Virus record (IMG/VR): IMGVR_UViG_3300032240_001151
Location: 26,113-90,112 of that record
DNA length: 64,000 nucleotides
Reading direction: 5' to 3' (one strand)
From: a virus
The translations under genes and the position numbers were made by a program. Shown one piece after another: positions 9,963-20,307 of this stretch (the stretch's first letter is position 1; each line of letters opens with the position of its first letter). The notes beneath the pieces are model-generated. The model was given only the letters and a program-made list of their open reading frames with translations. It was not told where the DNA came from and made no database searches.

Positions 9963-12830
9963 ATGTCGGCATACAAACGTTTATATAAGTCAGATATATC
10001 TAACATTCCATATTTAGCAAATAAAAATTGGAGTGTCAGCGCATGTGATTTGGAGTCTTATGGAATTAGAGTATACAATGGAGTAAAAACCAGTAGTATA
10101 TTTGATTCTATAAACGATGTAAAAACAAATAATGAGTATGATAGATTGGTTTATCAATCGGTAAATCATCTATATTATCAAGAATTTTCAGGATCATTTT
10201 TAGACGATTCCTCAAATATAGCATCTCTAAACTATGCTAGTGCTTCAATTTATAGACCTTCCGGAGCTTATTATGACTATACTCCACAAGGGTACATGAT
10301 AAAATCCTTTCCAACAGGATCAAATGCCACTATAAAGGTATTATCCATATCTAAAGACGTATTTAGTAATTCTGTAAAACATTTATCCTTTAATATATCA
10401 ACATCCTTTATGAATTTACAGGATGATGGAAAAGGAAATATTTATGATACTTCAGTTATTGATACATTAGTTGGAAATATATTTTATGAACACGGACTCG
10501 TAATAATAACTAACCCAGATTACCAAAACATATTTCTTTTACCACCGTTTGCAAAAGACGATTATGCATCTTTTTCATCTTCCACAACTCCTAAATTAAT
10601 AAGTCCTTTATTAAACGACAATACTAGAGGATGGACTGCACTAACAGGGTCAATAGAACTATCAGGATCGGACGTTTCTTATTTTACTAATAATGGAAAT
10701 GGAACAGTAACACTAAATACAAGTGTAATAGGGACATATACTACACATTATAGATTTTCTACTAGCAGCTCTAGTAGTAATTGTATACTTAAGTCAAATT
10801 ATGCTAAAATAGAAAGCGTAGTTACTAAACCAATGTGTAATTTTATAGTGTATGCAATATATGTAGTACCAGCAACAGCTACTCCTACGCCAATACCAGC
10901 AACACCTACACCATTACCAGCTACAGCCACACCAACACCTTTACCAGCTACTATAAAATGGTGGAACTATGAACTACCTACTCCATTTGTAGACAGTGAT
11001 ATTGAGATAAATGGTACTACATATGCTGGAGGATATGATTCTGGATCATTTACTGTCGCAGCTAACACCAGTATTTTAGCAAAACAAAACTCTTCTACAT
11101 CAACAGAAGTACTAGGAGGGTATACATTTATTGTAAGAAATATAACAGATAGTACGGTACTGTACAATGCTACAACTACAGCAATAGTTTCTAGTTATAC
11201 AACTATGAACAATTATACGTTTACAGCGGTTGCAGGTAAGATATATGAAGTTTCTGCATCTACTTATAACTCTACTGGAGTATCTACACCAACACCAACA
11301 CCTACATCTACTTTAGCACCAGCTACAGCTACACCTACACCTACTAGAACACCAACACCTACACCTACTAGAACATCTACACCTACACCTACCTCAGCAC
11401 CAGCCACAGCTACACCAACACCTACACCTACCTCAGCACCAGCCACAGCTACACCTACTCCTACATCTACTTTAGCACCAACAGCAACAGCAACTCCTGT
11501 ACCAGCAACTGCTTGTTTCAGTGATTGGGTTGTTCAAGCAGGTAGTTATAGCAATGATTTAAGGATAACATCTACTGATATACAACTACACCCAGTAGGA
11601 ATGACCGGAACTAGCAACAGTCAAGACAGTACTGCAGATGGTTATATAACAGTAACTCCAGGATCTGAAAATATAAAAATATATTACGAAATATTTAACT
11701 ATAATATTACAAACCAAACTGGATCAATGTCTACATTGACTCTCGTTGGACAACAAGGGCAAGGTACATATAGTATAACACCATTTACAGTTAAGGGGTT
11801 AACACCTCCTAATAGTGGGTCATATATAACATTACCTCAAACAGGAAGTTATCATGCAACATTAGCAATTAGGTACCAATGGACAGGTACTGGTGGTGTT
11901 GATTCAAATAGTAGAGGTAGGATATATATTGACAATGCTGGAATTTGCCCAACATCTACACCAACCCCTACACCATTACCAGCTACAGCCACTCCTACAC
12001 CTACACCCATAGGAATAGCTTGCGGTGGTTCGACATTAACTGTGTCAACTAATGGGCTTGGAAGTTGCGCAACTCCTTCTATTCAGACAATAGCAATGAA
12101 TATGTCTGGCGCTTCTAATGGAGGTACAATTACTGTCCATTATGATGCTATTGATTATCCAAATAGATTTAATATATATGCTGATGGCTCATTAGTAACA
12201 ACTAGTGGTTGGGTAGGTCAAAATGCAACTAACTGTACAGGACCTTGGAATACTTTTGGAACATCAGCAGGAAATTTAGTATTCACATACGATAACACAA
12301 AAACTTATACAGTTAAAGTTGAACTTGCAGCACGTAATAGTGTTACAAATGAAACTTATCAATTGTATATGACATGTGCATCAGCTCCAACATCAACACC
12401 AATACCAGCAACTTCAACTCCTGTACCAGCTACTGCTACTCCAACTAGAACTTCTACACCAACTCCAACTAGAACTTCAACTCCTGTACCAGCTACTGCT
12501 ACTCCAACTAGAACTTCTACACCAACTCCTATACCAGCTACTGCAACTCCTATACCAGCAACTGCTACACCTATACCAGCAACGGCTACTCCTACACCAG
12601 TACCACAGAATAATTTTCAATATAGCGCTACGAGTTGTCTTACTGGAGGTAGTACTACATTAATAACAACAAGTGCATTATCTGTAGGAACTATATATAG
12701 ATCAGCACCATCAGGGATTTCTAATTGTTACACAATAACCGCTTTTATAACAATGACCTCAACAACAGCAAATTTTGTAGGATACGGTACTGTTTCTGAC
12801 TGTTTTGACTCAAACTGTACTCAGTTGTAA
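9963..12830 (+). CDS. Modular structural/decoration protein: baseplate-type N-terminus, Ig-like domain, Thr/Pro mucin-like linkers, Cys-containing domains
   Basis: LQDDGKGNIYD...VGNIFYEHGLVIIT N-domain; PFAKDD...LLND Ig-like start; four PATATPTPT tracts. Confidence 0.65.
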   Translation: MSAYKRLYKSDISNIPYLANKNWSVSACDLESYGIRVYNGVKTSSIFDSINDVKTNNEYDRLVYQSVNHLYYQEFSGSFLDDSSNIASLNYASASIYRPSGAYYDYTPQGYMIKSFPTGSNATIKVLSISKDVFSNSVKHLSFNISTSFMNLQDDGKGNIYDTSVIDTLVGNIFYEHGLVIITNPDYQNIFLLPPFAKDDYASFSSSTTPKLISPLLNDNTRGWTALTGSIELSGSDVSYFTNNGNGTVTLNTSVIGTYTTHYRFSTSSSSSNCILKSNYAKIESVVTKPMCNFIVYAIYVVPATATPTPIPATPTPLPATATPTPLPATIKWWNYELPTPFVDSDIEINGTTYAGGYDSGSFTVAANTSILAKQNSSTSTEVLGGYTFIVRNITDSTVLYNATTTAIVSSYTTMNNYTFTAVAGKIYEVSASTYNSTGVSTPTPTPTSTLAPATATPTPTRTPTPTPTRTSTPTPTSAPATATPTPTPTSAPATATPTPTSTLAPTATATPVPATACFSDWVVQAGSYSNDLRITSTDIQLHPVGMTGTSNSQDSTADGYITVTPGSENIKIYYEIFNYNITNQTGSMSTLTLVGQQGQGTYSITPFTVKGLTPPNSGSYITLPQTGSYHATLAIRYQWTGTGGVDSNSRGRIYIDNAGICPTSTPTPTPLPATATPTPTPIGIACGGSTLTVSTNGLGSCATPSIQTIAMNMSGASNGGTITVHYDAIDYPNRFNIYADGSLVTTSGWVGQNATNCTGPWNTFGTSAGNLVFTYDNTKTYTVKVELAARNSVTNETYQLYMTCASAPTSTPIPATSTPVPATATPTRTSTPTPTRTSTPVPATATPTRTSTPTPIPATATPIPATATPIPATATPTPVPQNNFQYSATSCLTGGSTTLITTSALSVGTIYRSAPSGISNCYTITAFITMTSTTANFVGYGTVSDCFDSNCTQL
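10868..12605 (+). repeat. Four Thr/Pro-rich coding tracts (~10868-10950, 11284-11510, 11949-12008, 12385-12605)
   Basis: Repeated PATATPTP(T/L) and TRTSTPTP units in translation. Confidence 0.9.
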
Positions 12831-12862
12831 AATAAAGATATGTTAAAATAAATAAAAAATAT

Positions 12863-12877
12863 TATATTTGCATATAA
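12863..12877 (+). promoter_or_regulatory. Bacteroidota-type -7 promoter element TATATTTG(CATATAA)
   Basis: Matches TAnnTTTG; near-identical 15-mer at 54612 before the second glycosyltransferase cluster. Confidence 0.6.
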
Positions 12878-12893
12878 TAATAAAAAAAGTGTT

Positions 12894-14147
12894 ATGGATA
12901 AAATATTTGTACAGATAGCTAGTTACAGAGATCCACAGCTAGTTCTCACAATAGATGACATGATGAGTAGGGCTAAACACCCTGAAAGGCTAACATTTGG
13001 TATATGTTGGCAATATGATGAAGAAGAAGATACTGAAATATTTGATGATAAACCAAATTTTCGTATAAAAAAATACCACTACACCGAAAGCGAAGGTTTA
13101 GGATGGGCTAGAAACGTTACTAATAGTCTATATGATGAGGAAAAATATACTTTACAAATAGATAGCCACCATAGATTTGTAGACGGATGGGATGATATAA
13201 TTATGGAAGATTATGCCCAGACTTTAGAAAAATCGGAAAAACCGATTATTACTACCTACTGTACCCCATTTGACCCAGAAGCTTGTAGATGTTCTTATGA
13301 AAGACTCCCATCATTAATGTCTCAGTATGAGTTTTCAGCAGATAAATTACTTATGAGTATGCCTTGGTATATTCAGGATTATCAGGAAAGAACTAAGGTA
13401 ATAAGAGCTAGAACTATCAGTGGACACTTTTACTTTGTAGATGGTAAGTTTATAGATGAAGTTAGATACGATCCTGACATTTATTTTGGTGGATACACAG
13501 AAGAAACAACTATGAGTGTTAGAGCGTTCACTCATGGGTATGATTTCTATAGCCCATACAGAATGGTAATGTGGCACGAATACACTAGAAATTACAGAAG
13601 AAAACATTGGGATGACCACGGATTAGAAAGCCAAACAAAAAAAACATCTGGGGAAAGAGATATATATGCTAGGAACAAGACTAGGCAATTGTTTGGACAA
13701 GAAGAGCATGGCATAGATATGGGAATATATGGATTAGGAACGGTGAGGACTTTACACGACTATGAGGTATATGGAGGGTTTGATTTTAAAAATTGCAGAA
13801 TACAAGACTATACTCTAAAGGTTAAAGAACCACCAAATCCAATAGATTGGGAAGAGCAGTTTAAAACTTATAAGTATGATGTTACAGTTGATTGGGATGT
13901 AGAATTTTTTAAGAAATTTGAATTTGAAAACCCTAAATTTTTAACACTAGGTATACAAACAAAATCTGGATTGGAATTATATAGGAAGGATTTTAAAATT
14001 GAAACAGAACCTGAGTATGTTAATCTAATAAATAATATGTACACAACTACTATAGATTCTCAAGATAAGCCTGATAAAATAGTAATGTACTTATTTGATG
14101 AAAATAAACAGTGGAGTGAAAGGTACGAAAAAGATATAAATGTATGA
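12894..14147 (+). CDS. GT60-family polypeptide/hydroxyproline alpha-GlcNAc transferase-like glycosyltransferase
   Basis: IFVQIASYRDPQL, FGICWQ, GLGWAR, LQIDSHHRF..GWD, EE..MSVRAFTHGYDFY, GLGTVRTL..Y match the Skp1 Gnt1/TcOGNT family. Confidence 0.85.
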   Translation: MDKIFVQIASYRDPQLVLTIDDMMSRAKHPERLTFGICWQYDEEEDTEIFDDKPNFRIKKYHYTESEGLGWARNVTNSLYDEEKYTLQIDSHHRFVDGWDDIIMEDYAQTLEKSEKPIITTYCTPFDPEACRCSYERLPSLMSQYEFSADKLLMSMPWYIQDYQERTKVIRARTISGHFYFVDGKFIDEVRYDPDIYFGGYTEETTMSVRAFTHGYDFYSPYRMVMWHEYTRNYRRKHWDDHGLESQTKKTSGERDIYARNKTRQLFGQEEHGIDMGIYGLGTVRTLHDYEVYGGFDFKNCRIQDYTLKVKEPPNPIDWEEQFKTYKYDVTVDWDVEFFKKFEFENPKFLTLGIQTKSGLELYRKDFKIETEPEYVNLINNMYTTTIDSQDKPDKIVMYLFDENKQWSERYEKDINV

Positions 14148-15280
14148 GAATACTATTTGTTGTAACAGGGAACGCCTCAAGAAGTAATTATGTAACTGGT
14201 CATAAGATGAGGTATGACAAAGCAGGGTTATCCGGAACTGATACCTCAAGTATACTCGTCGCAGAGTATTTAGCAAAGCAAGGTCATGAAGTTGTCATGG
14301 CAGTAGAAGAGTCAGATGATCATCTAAAAGAAGATAGACGCAAAAGAGGATATACGTTTAATCCAGGAAAAGAGATTGTAAATGGAGTAACCTATACATA
14401 CATACCTAGTTTAGAAGGTATAGAAGATACTGAGTTTGACATACTAATAAATTCATTATGGTTTGGTGAATATGATAGTTTGAATGCAAAAATAAAAAAA
14501 GGAATTTTTTATTGGTGTCATTTATCATGGGGATACTATACGGCAGAGTTAAAAGACTATGCAATTAAACATAATTTAAAAGTTGGGTATGTTAATATAT
14601 CAAAATGGGCTAGAGAACACCATTTAGAAAACATAAAATACTTAGAAGAAAATCTACCAACTGTATACGAAACAGTAATACCTAATCCAATGACACTAGA
14701 TGTAATGAAAGAAGTGTTGGATAAGAAATTAGAAAGAAAGCATAAAAAAGTAATATTTCCAGCCCAGTGGTCTAGAGGTGGTGATGTAGCTTTAAAAGCT
14801 GTAAAAGAATTAGGATGGGATGAAAATTTTGTAGCATTTGACTATGTTAATTTACAAAATGGAATAGATAAAGAAACTTTATTTACTGAACTTGCTACTA
14901 GCGATTATTTTATATTTCCACAATATACTCCAAATGAACATGTGTATAAAGATGTACACTCCTGCGCAATGGGTGAGGCATTAGGTATGGGAGTAGTGGT
15001 AGTATCATATCCTTTAGGATCTCACGAAGAGTACTATGGGAGTTATTATTATAAGCTAGATTTTCCTCCGGATATAGATATGGAAAAAATGATGAGGGAG
15101 AGGGTTACACATGAGCCAAAGATGGATTACATAGATAATATTGTAGAAAAAGTAAAACAGATAGAAGAAGACCTAGAAACAAAAGAAAGTATGAGAGATA
15201 AAAGTATTTCTTATATTTTTGAAAACTTTGACATAAATAAAATAGGCCCAATGTGGATTAATTTTATAAATAAATTTTAA
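14144..15280 (+). CDS. GT-B (GT4-like) glycosyltransferase
   Basis: GLSGTDTS...AEYLAKQGHEV N-terminal motif; SDYFIFP...SCAMGEALGMGVVVV C-terminal motif. Confidence 0.7.
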   Translation: MRILFVVTGNASRSNYVTGHKMRYDKAGLSGTDTSSILVAEYLAKQGHEVVMAVEESDDHLKEDRRKRGYTFNPGKEIVNGVTYTYIPSLEGIEDTEFDILINSLWFGEYDSLNAKIKKGIFYWCHLSWGYYTAELKDYAIKHNLKVGYVNISKWAREHHLENIKYLEENLPTVYETVIPNPMTLDVMKEVLDKKLERKHKKVIFPAQWSRGGDVALKAVKELGWDENFVAFDYVNLQNGIDKETLFTELATSDYFIFPQYTPNEHVYKDVHSCAMGEALGMGVVVVSYPLGSHEEYYGSYYYKLDFPPDIDMEKMMRERVTHEPKMDYIDNIVEKVKQIEEDLETKESMRDKSISYIFENFDINKIGPMWINFINKF

Positions 15281-15284
15281 AAAT

Positions 15285-15971
15285 ATGAATCCTTTTGATT
15301 TTTTTGATAAAATATTCTACATAAATTTAGAAGAAAGAACAGATAGAAAAGACCACATTGAGAAAGAACTGTCTAATTATGATATAAAAGCAGAGAGATT
15401 TCCAGCTATAACCTTATCTCCAGAACAAAATGAAAGTATTAGGCAAGACGGATGTTTTTTTAGAAATGACGAAAGACCTGAGCATGCCAGGTTTACTAAA
15501 TCTTGCACTCTGTCCCATCTTAGTGTAGTATTTAGAGCAAAATTGATGGGATATAAAAATGTTTTAATTTTTGAAGATGATGCAATGTTTCATAATACTA
15601 TTGTAGATGAGTTATCAAAAACAATAGAAGATTTAAAAACAATGGAAAGATGGGATATGTTTTATATAGGATGTAATCCATTAAGATACCAAAAAGTAAC
15701 CAATAACTTAGGAAGGTCATTAGGCGCATTATCAGCACATGCCTATGCAGTAAATAACCATTTTTATGATAAAATACTAAACATACCATTTAAACACTTA
15801 CCATCAACTGATTTGTACTATCATGATCTAGCGCTATCCCCACAAAATAATATATACATGGCTATTAAAAATTTGGCATGGCAAATGCCTAGCTATTCTA
15901 CTTTAGAAGAAATGGCAGTAGACTATTATCCATCAATACAAGCTAGATACGATAATAACATGGTAATATAA
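15285..15971 (+). CDS. GT25-family glycosyltransferase
   Basis: IFYINLEERTDRK, ERFPAI, CTLSHL, VLIFEDDA, WDMFYIG, AHAYAVN. Confidence 0.85.
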   Translation: MNPFDFFDKIFYINLEERTDRKDHIEKELSNYDIKAERFPAITLSPEQNESIRQDGCFFRNDERPEHARFTKSCTLSHLSVVFRAKLMGYKNVLIFEDDAMFHNTIVDELSKTIEDLKTMERWDMFYIGCNPLRYQKVTNNLGRSLGALSAHAYAVNNHFYDKILNIPFKHLPSTDLYYHDLALSPQNNIYMAIKNLAWQMPSYSTLEEMAVDYYPSIQARYDNNMVI

Positions 15972-15973
15972 TT

Positions 15974-16747
15974 ATGAAAGTTACTTTTAGTAAACTTGGT
16001 ATATATGGACAATTAGGAAATCAAATGTTCCAATATGCCCTTTTATTAGGGATAAAGCATAAACTAAAAGTACCTATAGTAATAGATCCAGAAACAGTAA
16101 AAACTTCTTATTTATTTGAATTTTTTAATTTAGAAGAGTACATAGAAGAAACATTTAAACCAGATAATTTTTATAAAGAAGTTGAATTTTCATATAATAA
16201 AGAAGTTTTTGATATAAAAGAGGACACAGATTTTGAAGGATATTACCAGACAGATAAGTACTTTAAACATTGTTCCGATATAGTAAGAAAGGAGTTTACT
16301 TTTAAAGAAAATGTAGTAAAAGAGGTAAAACAGTATTTAGATAAATTAGAAGGTAAAAAATTAGTATCCCTACATGTTAGAAGAGGTAGTTATCTTGGAA
16401 ATACAGAATTTCATCCATTGTGCAAAATAGATTATTATAACAAAGCTATGGATTTATTAGACGATGGAAATACTGTTTTTGTATGTACATCTGATGATAA
16501 AGATTGGTGTGAAAAAAATTTAAATAGGAGTAATATACTATTTAACTTTAACAGTTTGATTTATGATATGTGCTTAATATCTAATTGTCATGATCATATA
16601 ATAGCAAATAGTAGTTTTAGTTGGTGGGGATCTTGGCTATCTGATAATCCGGATAAAAAGATAATAGCTCCAAAAACATGGTTTGGACCAGCAGCAAAGC
16701 ATCTTGATACAAAAGATATATATTGCAATAATTTTATAAAAATATAG
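15974..16747 (+). CDS. GT11 alpha-1,2-fucosyltransferase-like protein
   Basis: GQLGNQMFQYA, GYYQTDKYF, LHVRRGSY, IIANSSFSWWGSWL, IIAPKTWF. Confidence 0.9.
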   Translation: MKVTFSKLGIYGQLGNQMFQYALLLGIKHKLKVPIVIDPETVKTSYLFEFFNLEEYIEETFKPDNFYKEVEFSYNKEVFDIKEDTDFEGYYQTDKYFKHCSDIVRKEFTFKENVVKEVKQYLDKLEGKKLVSLHVRRGSYLGNTEFHPLCKIDYYNKAMDLLDDGNTVFVCTSDDKDWCEKNLNRSNILFNFNSLIYDMCLISNCHDHIIANSSFSWWGSWLSDNPDKKIIAPKTWFGPAAKHLDTKDIYCNNFIKI

Positions 16748-16748
16748 A

Positions 16749-17357
16749 ATGTTAATAACAGATTTAAAAAAGCATTTTAAAAAACCTCTTAAAGGGGCTG
16801 TACATATAGGAGCATTTCATGGAGAAGAAAAAGAGTGGTATACCGAAAATGGGATAAACCCTATTGTATGGGTAGAAGCTAATCCAAATTATGAAAATAT
16901 TTTAAAAGAAAGATATCCAGAAGATATAGTAATAATATCAGGAGTTGGAAACGAAAATAAAATTGCTACTTTTAATGTAGCAAATAATGGACAATCTTCT
17001 TCTTTTTTGAAAATGGGAACCCATTTAGAACAACACCCAAGCGTATTTTTTGTAGACACTATTGATGTTGAAATAAAACCAATGAAGCAAATTATACAAG
17101 AAAATAATATAGATATTAGTAAGTATAATTTTTTAAATGTTGATGTACAGGGTTATGAATTAGAAGTACTAAAAGGCTTTGAAGATATTTTGAACAGCAT
17201 GGATTACGTTTACTTGGAAGTAAACACTAATTATCTGTATTTAGAGTGTGCCTTAATAGAAGATATAGATCAGTATTTACAAAAGTATGATCTAAAGAGA
17301 GTAGAAACTCTTATTACCCCTAATGAGTGGGGTGATGCTTTATATATAAAAAAATAA
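16749..17357 (+). CDS. FkbM-family methyltransferase
   Basis: HIGAFHGEE, VEANP, GQSSSFL, FLNVDVQGYELEVLKG, WGDALY. Confidence 0.85.
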   Translation: MLITDLKKHFKKPLKGAVHIGAFHGEEKEWYTENGINPIVWVEANPNYENILKERYPEDIVIISGVGNENKIATFNVANNGQSSSFLKMGTHLEQHPSVFFVDTIDVEIKPMKQIIQENNIDISKYNFLNVDVQGYELEVLKGFEDILNSMDYVYLEVNTNYLYLECALIEDIDQYLQKYDLKRVETLITPNEWGDALYIKK

Positions 17358-17358
17358 T

Positions 17359-18450
17359 ATGTACGATTATCTAATAGTAGGATCTGGTTTATATGGGTCT
17401 GTTTTTGCAAGAGAAATGACGGATAAGGGATATAAATGCCTTGTAATAGATAAACGTAATCATATAGGAGGAAACTGCTACACAGAAAATATAGATGGTA
17501 TAAATGTACATAAATACGGACCTCACATATTTCACACATCAGATAAAAAGATATGGGATTATGTGAATAGATTCGCTACGTTTAATAACTTTAGCTATAG
17601 GCCAAAAGTAAACTATAAAGGGAAGGTTTATTCTTTTCCTATAAATTTGATGACTCTATATCAAGTTTATGGGGTAACAACTCCGGATGAAGCTATTAGA
17701 AAATTAGAAGATGTAAAAGTTGATATACAAAACCCAAGTAATTTAGAAGAGTGGATTCTATCACAAGTAGGTCCTGAAATATACAATATATTCATAAAAG
17801 GATATACTAAGAAGCAATGGAAGAAAGATCCAAAAGAACTACCTACAAGTATTATAAGGAGGCTACCCATAAGAATGTCTTTTGATGACAATTACTACGA
17901 AGACACGTATTCAGGCATCCCAATAGGAGGATACACACAAATATTTGAAAAGTTACTAAAAGGCATAGAAGTGCGCTTAGATACTGATTATTTTTATAAT
18001 AGAGATTATTTTAACGATATTGCTAAAAAAGTAGTATATACAGGCCCCATAGATAGATTTTATTCATATATGCATGGAAAATTAGACTATAGGAGTCTTA
18101 GATTTGAAACTATGAATATTAACATGCCTGATTATCAAGGGGTTGCAGGTATGAATTATACTGATGAGGATGTTCCTTTTACTAGAATAGTTGAGCATAA
18201 GCATTTTGATTTTGGAAAACAAAAAAATACAATAGTAACTTTTGAATATCCAGAATCAAAAGGAGAGCCTTATTATCCCATAAATGATGATAAAAACAAC
18301 TCTATATATAGAAAGTACAAAGAAATGATGGACAAAGAGTCTGTATATATCTTTGGAGGTAGGCTGACGGACTATAAATATTATGATATGCACCAAGTTA
18401 TAGGATCTGCACTAACTAAAAGTCAGAAAGAAAATATTTATAATATATGA
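17359..18450 (+). CDS. glf: UDP-galactopyranose mutase
   Basis: DYLIVGSGLYG FAD motif, HIGGNCY, HKYGPHIFHT, TRIVEHKHF, EPYYPIN, GGRLTDYKYYDMHQ. Confidence 0.95.
   Translation: MYDYLIVGSGLYGSVFAREMTDKGYKCLVIDKRNHIGGNCYTENIDGINVHKYGPHIFHTSDKKIWDYVNRFATFNNFSYRPKVNYKGKVYSFPINLMTLYQVYGVTTPDEAIRKLEDVKVDIQNPSNLEEWILSQVGPEIYNIFIKGYTKKQWKKDPKELPTSIIRRLPIRMSFDDNYYEDTYSGIPIGGYTQIFEKLLKGIEVRLDTDYFYNRDYFNDIAKKVVYTGPIDRFYSYMHGKLDYRSLRFETMNINMPDYQGVAGMNYTDEDVPFTRIVEHKHFDFGKQKNTIVTFEYPESKGEPYYPINDDKNNSIYRKYKEMMDKESVYIFGGRLTDYKYYDMHQVIGSALTKSQKENIYNI
18435..18442 (+). promoter_or_regulatory. Putative late promoter TATTTATA within 3' end of glf
   Basis: Immediately before ATG 18447, where structural-type genes resume. 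Confidence 0.45.
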
Positions 18451-19235
18451 ATACCTATCAAGTTTTTATTTCTGGGGATGCTGGAGGTCCGTTTGATATA
18501 TACTACGACAGTGTATCAGTCGGAACTCAATTAGATACTGGCGTATCTAGAAGTAGTCTTTTGGCAGGGTATAATGTAAGTGGAATACCGGATTCAGCAA
18601 GCAGCATAATAGTATTTAATACAGATCCTGGGTGTAACAATTATGTTACATATTATATAAAACCGCCAACACCAGCTCCTACTGTAACACCTACACCAAC
18701 TCCTACACCAACTATAGTAGTGGATTGTTCAATGTCTGGAGGGTCTATAATACAAGCAACACCAACTCCAACCCCAAGCCCAACTGCTACTTCTGTAGTA
18801 ACAGCAACGCCAACAGCAACACCTAGTGCGACGCCTACAAGAACACCAACTCCAACACCTACAACTACTACTAATACTGTGACTGTGTACTTAAAAGGAA
18901 GGTATGCAACTGCATCCCCTCCAGATTTAGATTTGTTTTATAGAATAGATGGAGGTCCTGAGTGGAGCCTATATACAGGGTCACCATTTGCATTAACTAC
19001 TACAGCAACAGTGGTAACTCCTGGATTAGCTGTACCGGCAGGATTATCAGTAGAGTTTGCAGCCGTAGCCGCACATTCTGATAATGATGCAGTATTTCAT
19101 GGAGGATCTGCTGATGGGTATGTATATGGAGGTAGATGTGGAACAAATCTGCCTTATATAATAACTCCAACAACAGCTACATCTTGCTACATAAATGTAG
19201 ATGTAACAGTGGGAGGCGTAATAGAGATATGTTAA
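18447..19235 (+). CDS. Thr/Pro-linker putative virion decoration protein
   Basis: N-domain GPFDI...VSRSSLLAGYNV, PTPTPT linkers, beta-rich C-domain. Confidence 0.6.
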   Translation: MNTYQVFISGDAGGPFDIYYDSVSVGTQLDTGVSRSSLLAGYNVSGIPDSASSIIVFNTDPGCNNYVTYYIKPPTPAPTVTPTPTPTPTIVVDCSMSGGSIIQATPTPTPSPTATSVVTATPTATPSATPTRTPTPTPTTTTNTVTVYLKGRYATASPPDLDLFYRIDGGPEWSLYTGSPFALTTTATVVTPGLAVPAGLSVEFAAVAAHSDNDAVFHGGSADGYVYGGRCGTNLPYIITPTTATSCYINVDVTVGGVIEIC

Positions 19236-19254
19236 AAATAAATAGAAAGGTCTT

Positions 19255-20295
19255 ATGGCAACAAAATCAGTAACAGTAACAATAGCTAGTATAGGAGCTT
19301 CTGCAGGCCCTTTTAATATATCTGATGATGTATTAGGAGTAGTAGCAATGAATGTTAGCAGATCACAACTATTAGCAGGGTATAGTGTAAATATATCTAC
19401 CAGTGCTTCTGTTATTACTGTAACTTCTATCGGAACTTGTAGTACTTCGTTAAACATATACTTAGCAACTCCTACACCAACTCCAACACCAACAATAACT
19501 GCAACTCCTACTGTAACTCCAACTCCAACTCAAAATCCTATATATTTTGATAGTAACTTTACAAATACTAGCAATAATTGTGGAAGTGGAGGTAGAATAT
19601 GGTCTAGATTGATAGCCCCAGCAGGAACTACTGTAGAAGTAACGTTAACTTCTCAGCAATTTATAACAAGTGTAAACTCAGTAAGTGCGTCTATTTCTGG
19701 TACACTATACTTAACAACACTGCCTTCAGCAAATCCAACACCAGGAACAGTATTAACATCATCATATGCTAGTGTTAGTTATACAGATATACCTACGGTG
19801 TTAACAAATACACAAGTTACAACTCAAACAATTCCAGCAGCTGGGTATGTAGATGTTATGTTAATACATAGAACTCAAAATATAGCATCTAACTATTCAA
19901 ACGGTCAATCAACTGCTACAATAACAAAAGTAAACGGAGTATCTGTAAGCAATGGTGGAAGCCTTACAACAGGCTACAATTGTTCTGACACTACTTATTA
20001 TGAGTATATGATATCTCCTGTTGGGTATTCAAATTGCGGAGATGCGTGCGATTCCACTGTCTCAGTAACAACATCAGTGTATGCAACAGTATCATCAGAA
20101 GCTTTATTAACTGCGCAATATCTATATACTAGATCTGGTACAACATATACTTTATGGACTGGAGGAGATGGGCTATATCACCGAATAACTAAGGTAGGTA
20201 ACATGGGTTATGGATATTCTTGCGTTGTGATTCCTACAGGAAGAGTAGTATCAGTCAATGCATGTACTAGTGTAAGTCCTGGTACTTGTGCTTAA
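19255..20295 (+). CDS. Thr/Pro-linker putative virion decoration protein; N-domain paralogous to 18447 ORF
   Basis: GPFNI...VSRSQLLAGYSV N-domain, TPTPT linker, Cys-containing C-domains. Confidence 0.6.
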   Translation: MATKSVTVTIASIGASAGPFNISDDVLGVVAMNVSRSQLLAGYSVNISTSASVITVTSIGTCSTSLNIYLATPTPTPTPTITATPTVTPTPTQNPIYFDSNFTNTSNNCGSGGRIWSRLIAPAGTTVEVTLTSQQFITSVNSVSASISGTLYLTTLPSANPTPGTVLTSSYASVSYTDIPTVLTNTQVTTQTIPAAGYVDVMLIHRTQNIASNYSNGQSTATITKVNGVSVSNGGSLTTGYNCSDTTYYEYMISPVGYSNCGDACDSTVSVTTSVYATVSSEALLTAQYLYTRSGTTYTLWTGGDGLYHRITKVGNMGYGYSCVVIPTGRVVSVNACTSVSPGTCA

Positions 20296-20307
20296 TAACA
20301 TAATAAT

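Noticed and set aside
12894-18450. Host LPS/capsule locus or chimeric assembly
   Set aside because: Overlaps phage-type neighbours, is similarly AT-rich, lacks wzx/wzy/transport genes, and shares its promoter with the second island
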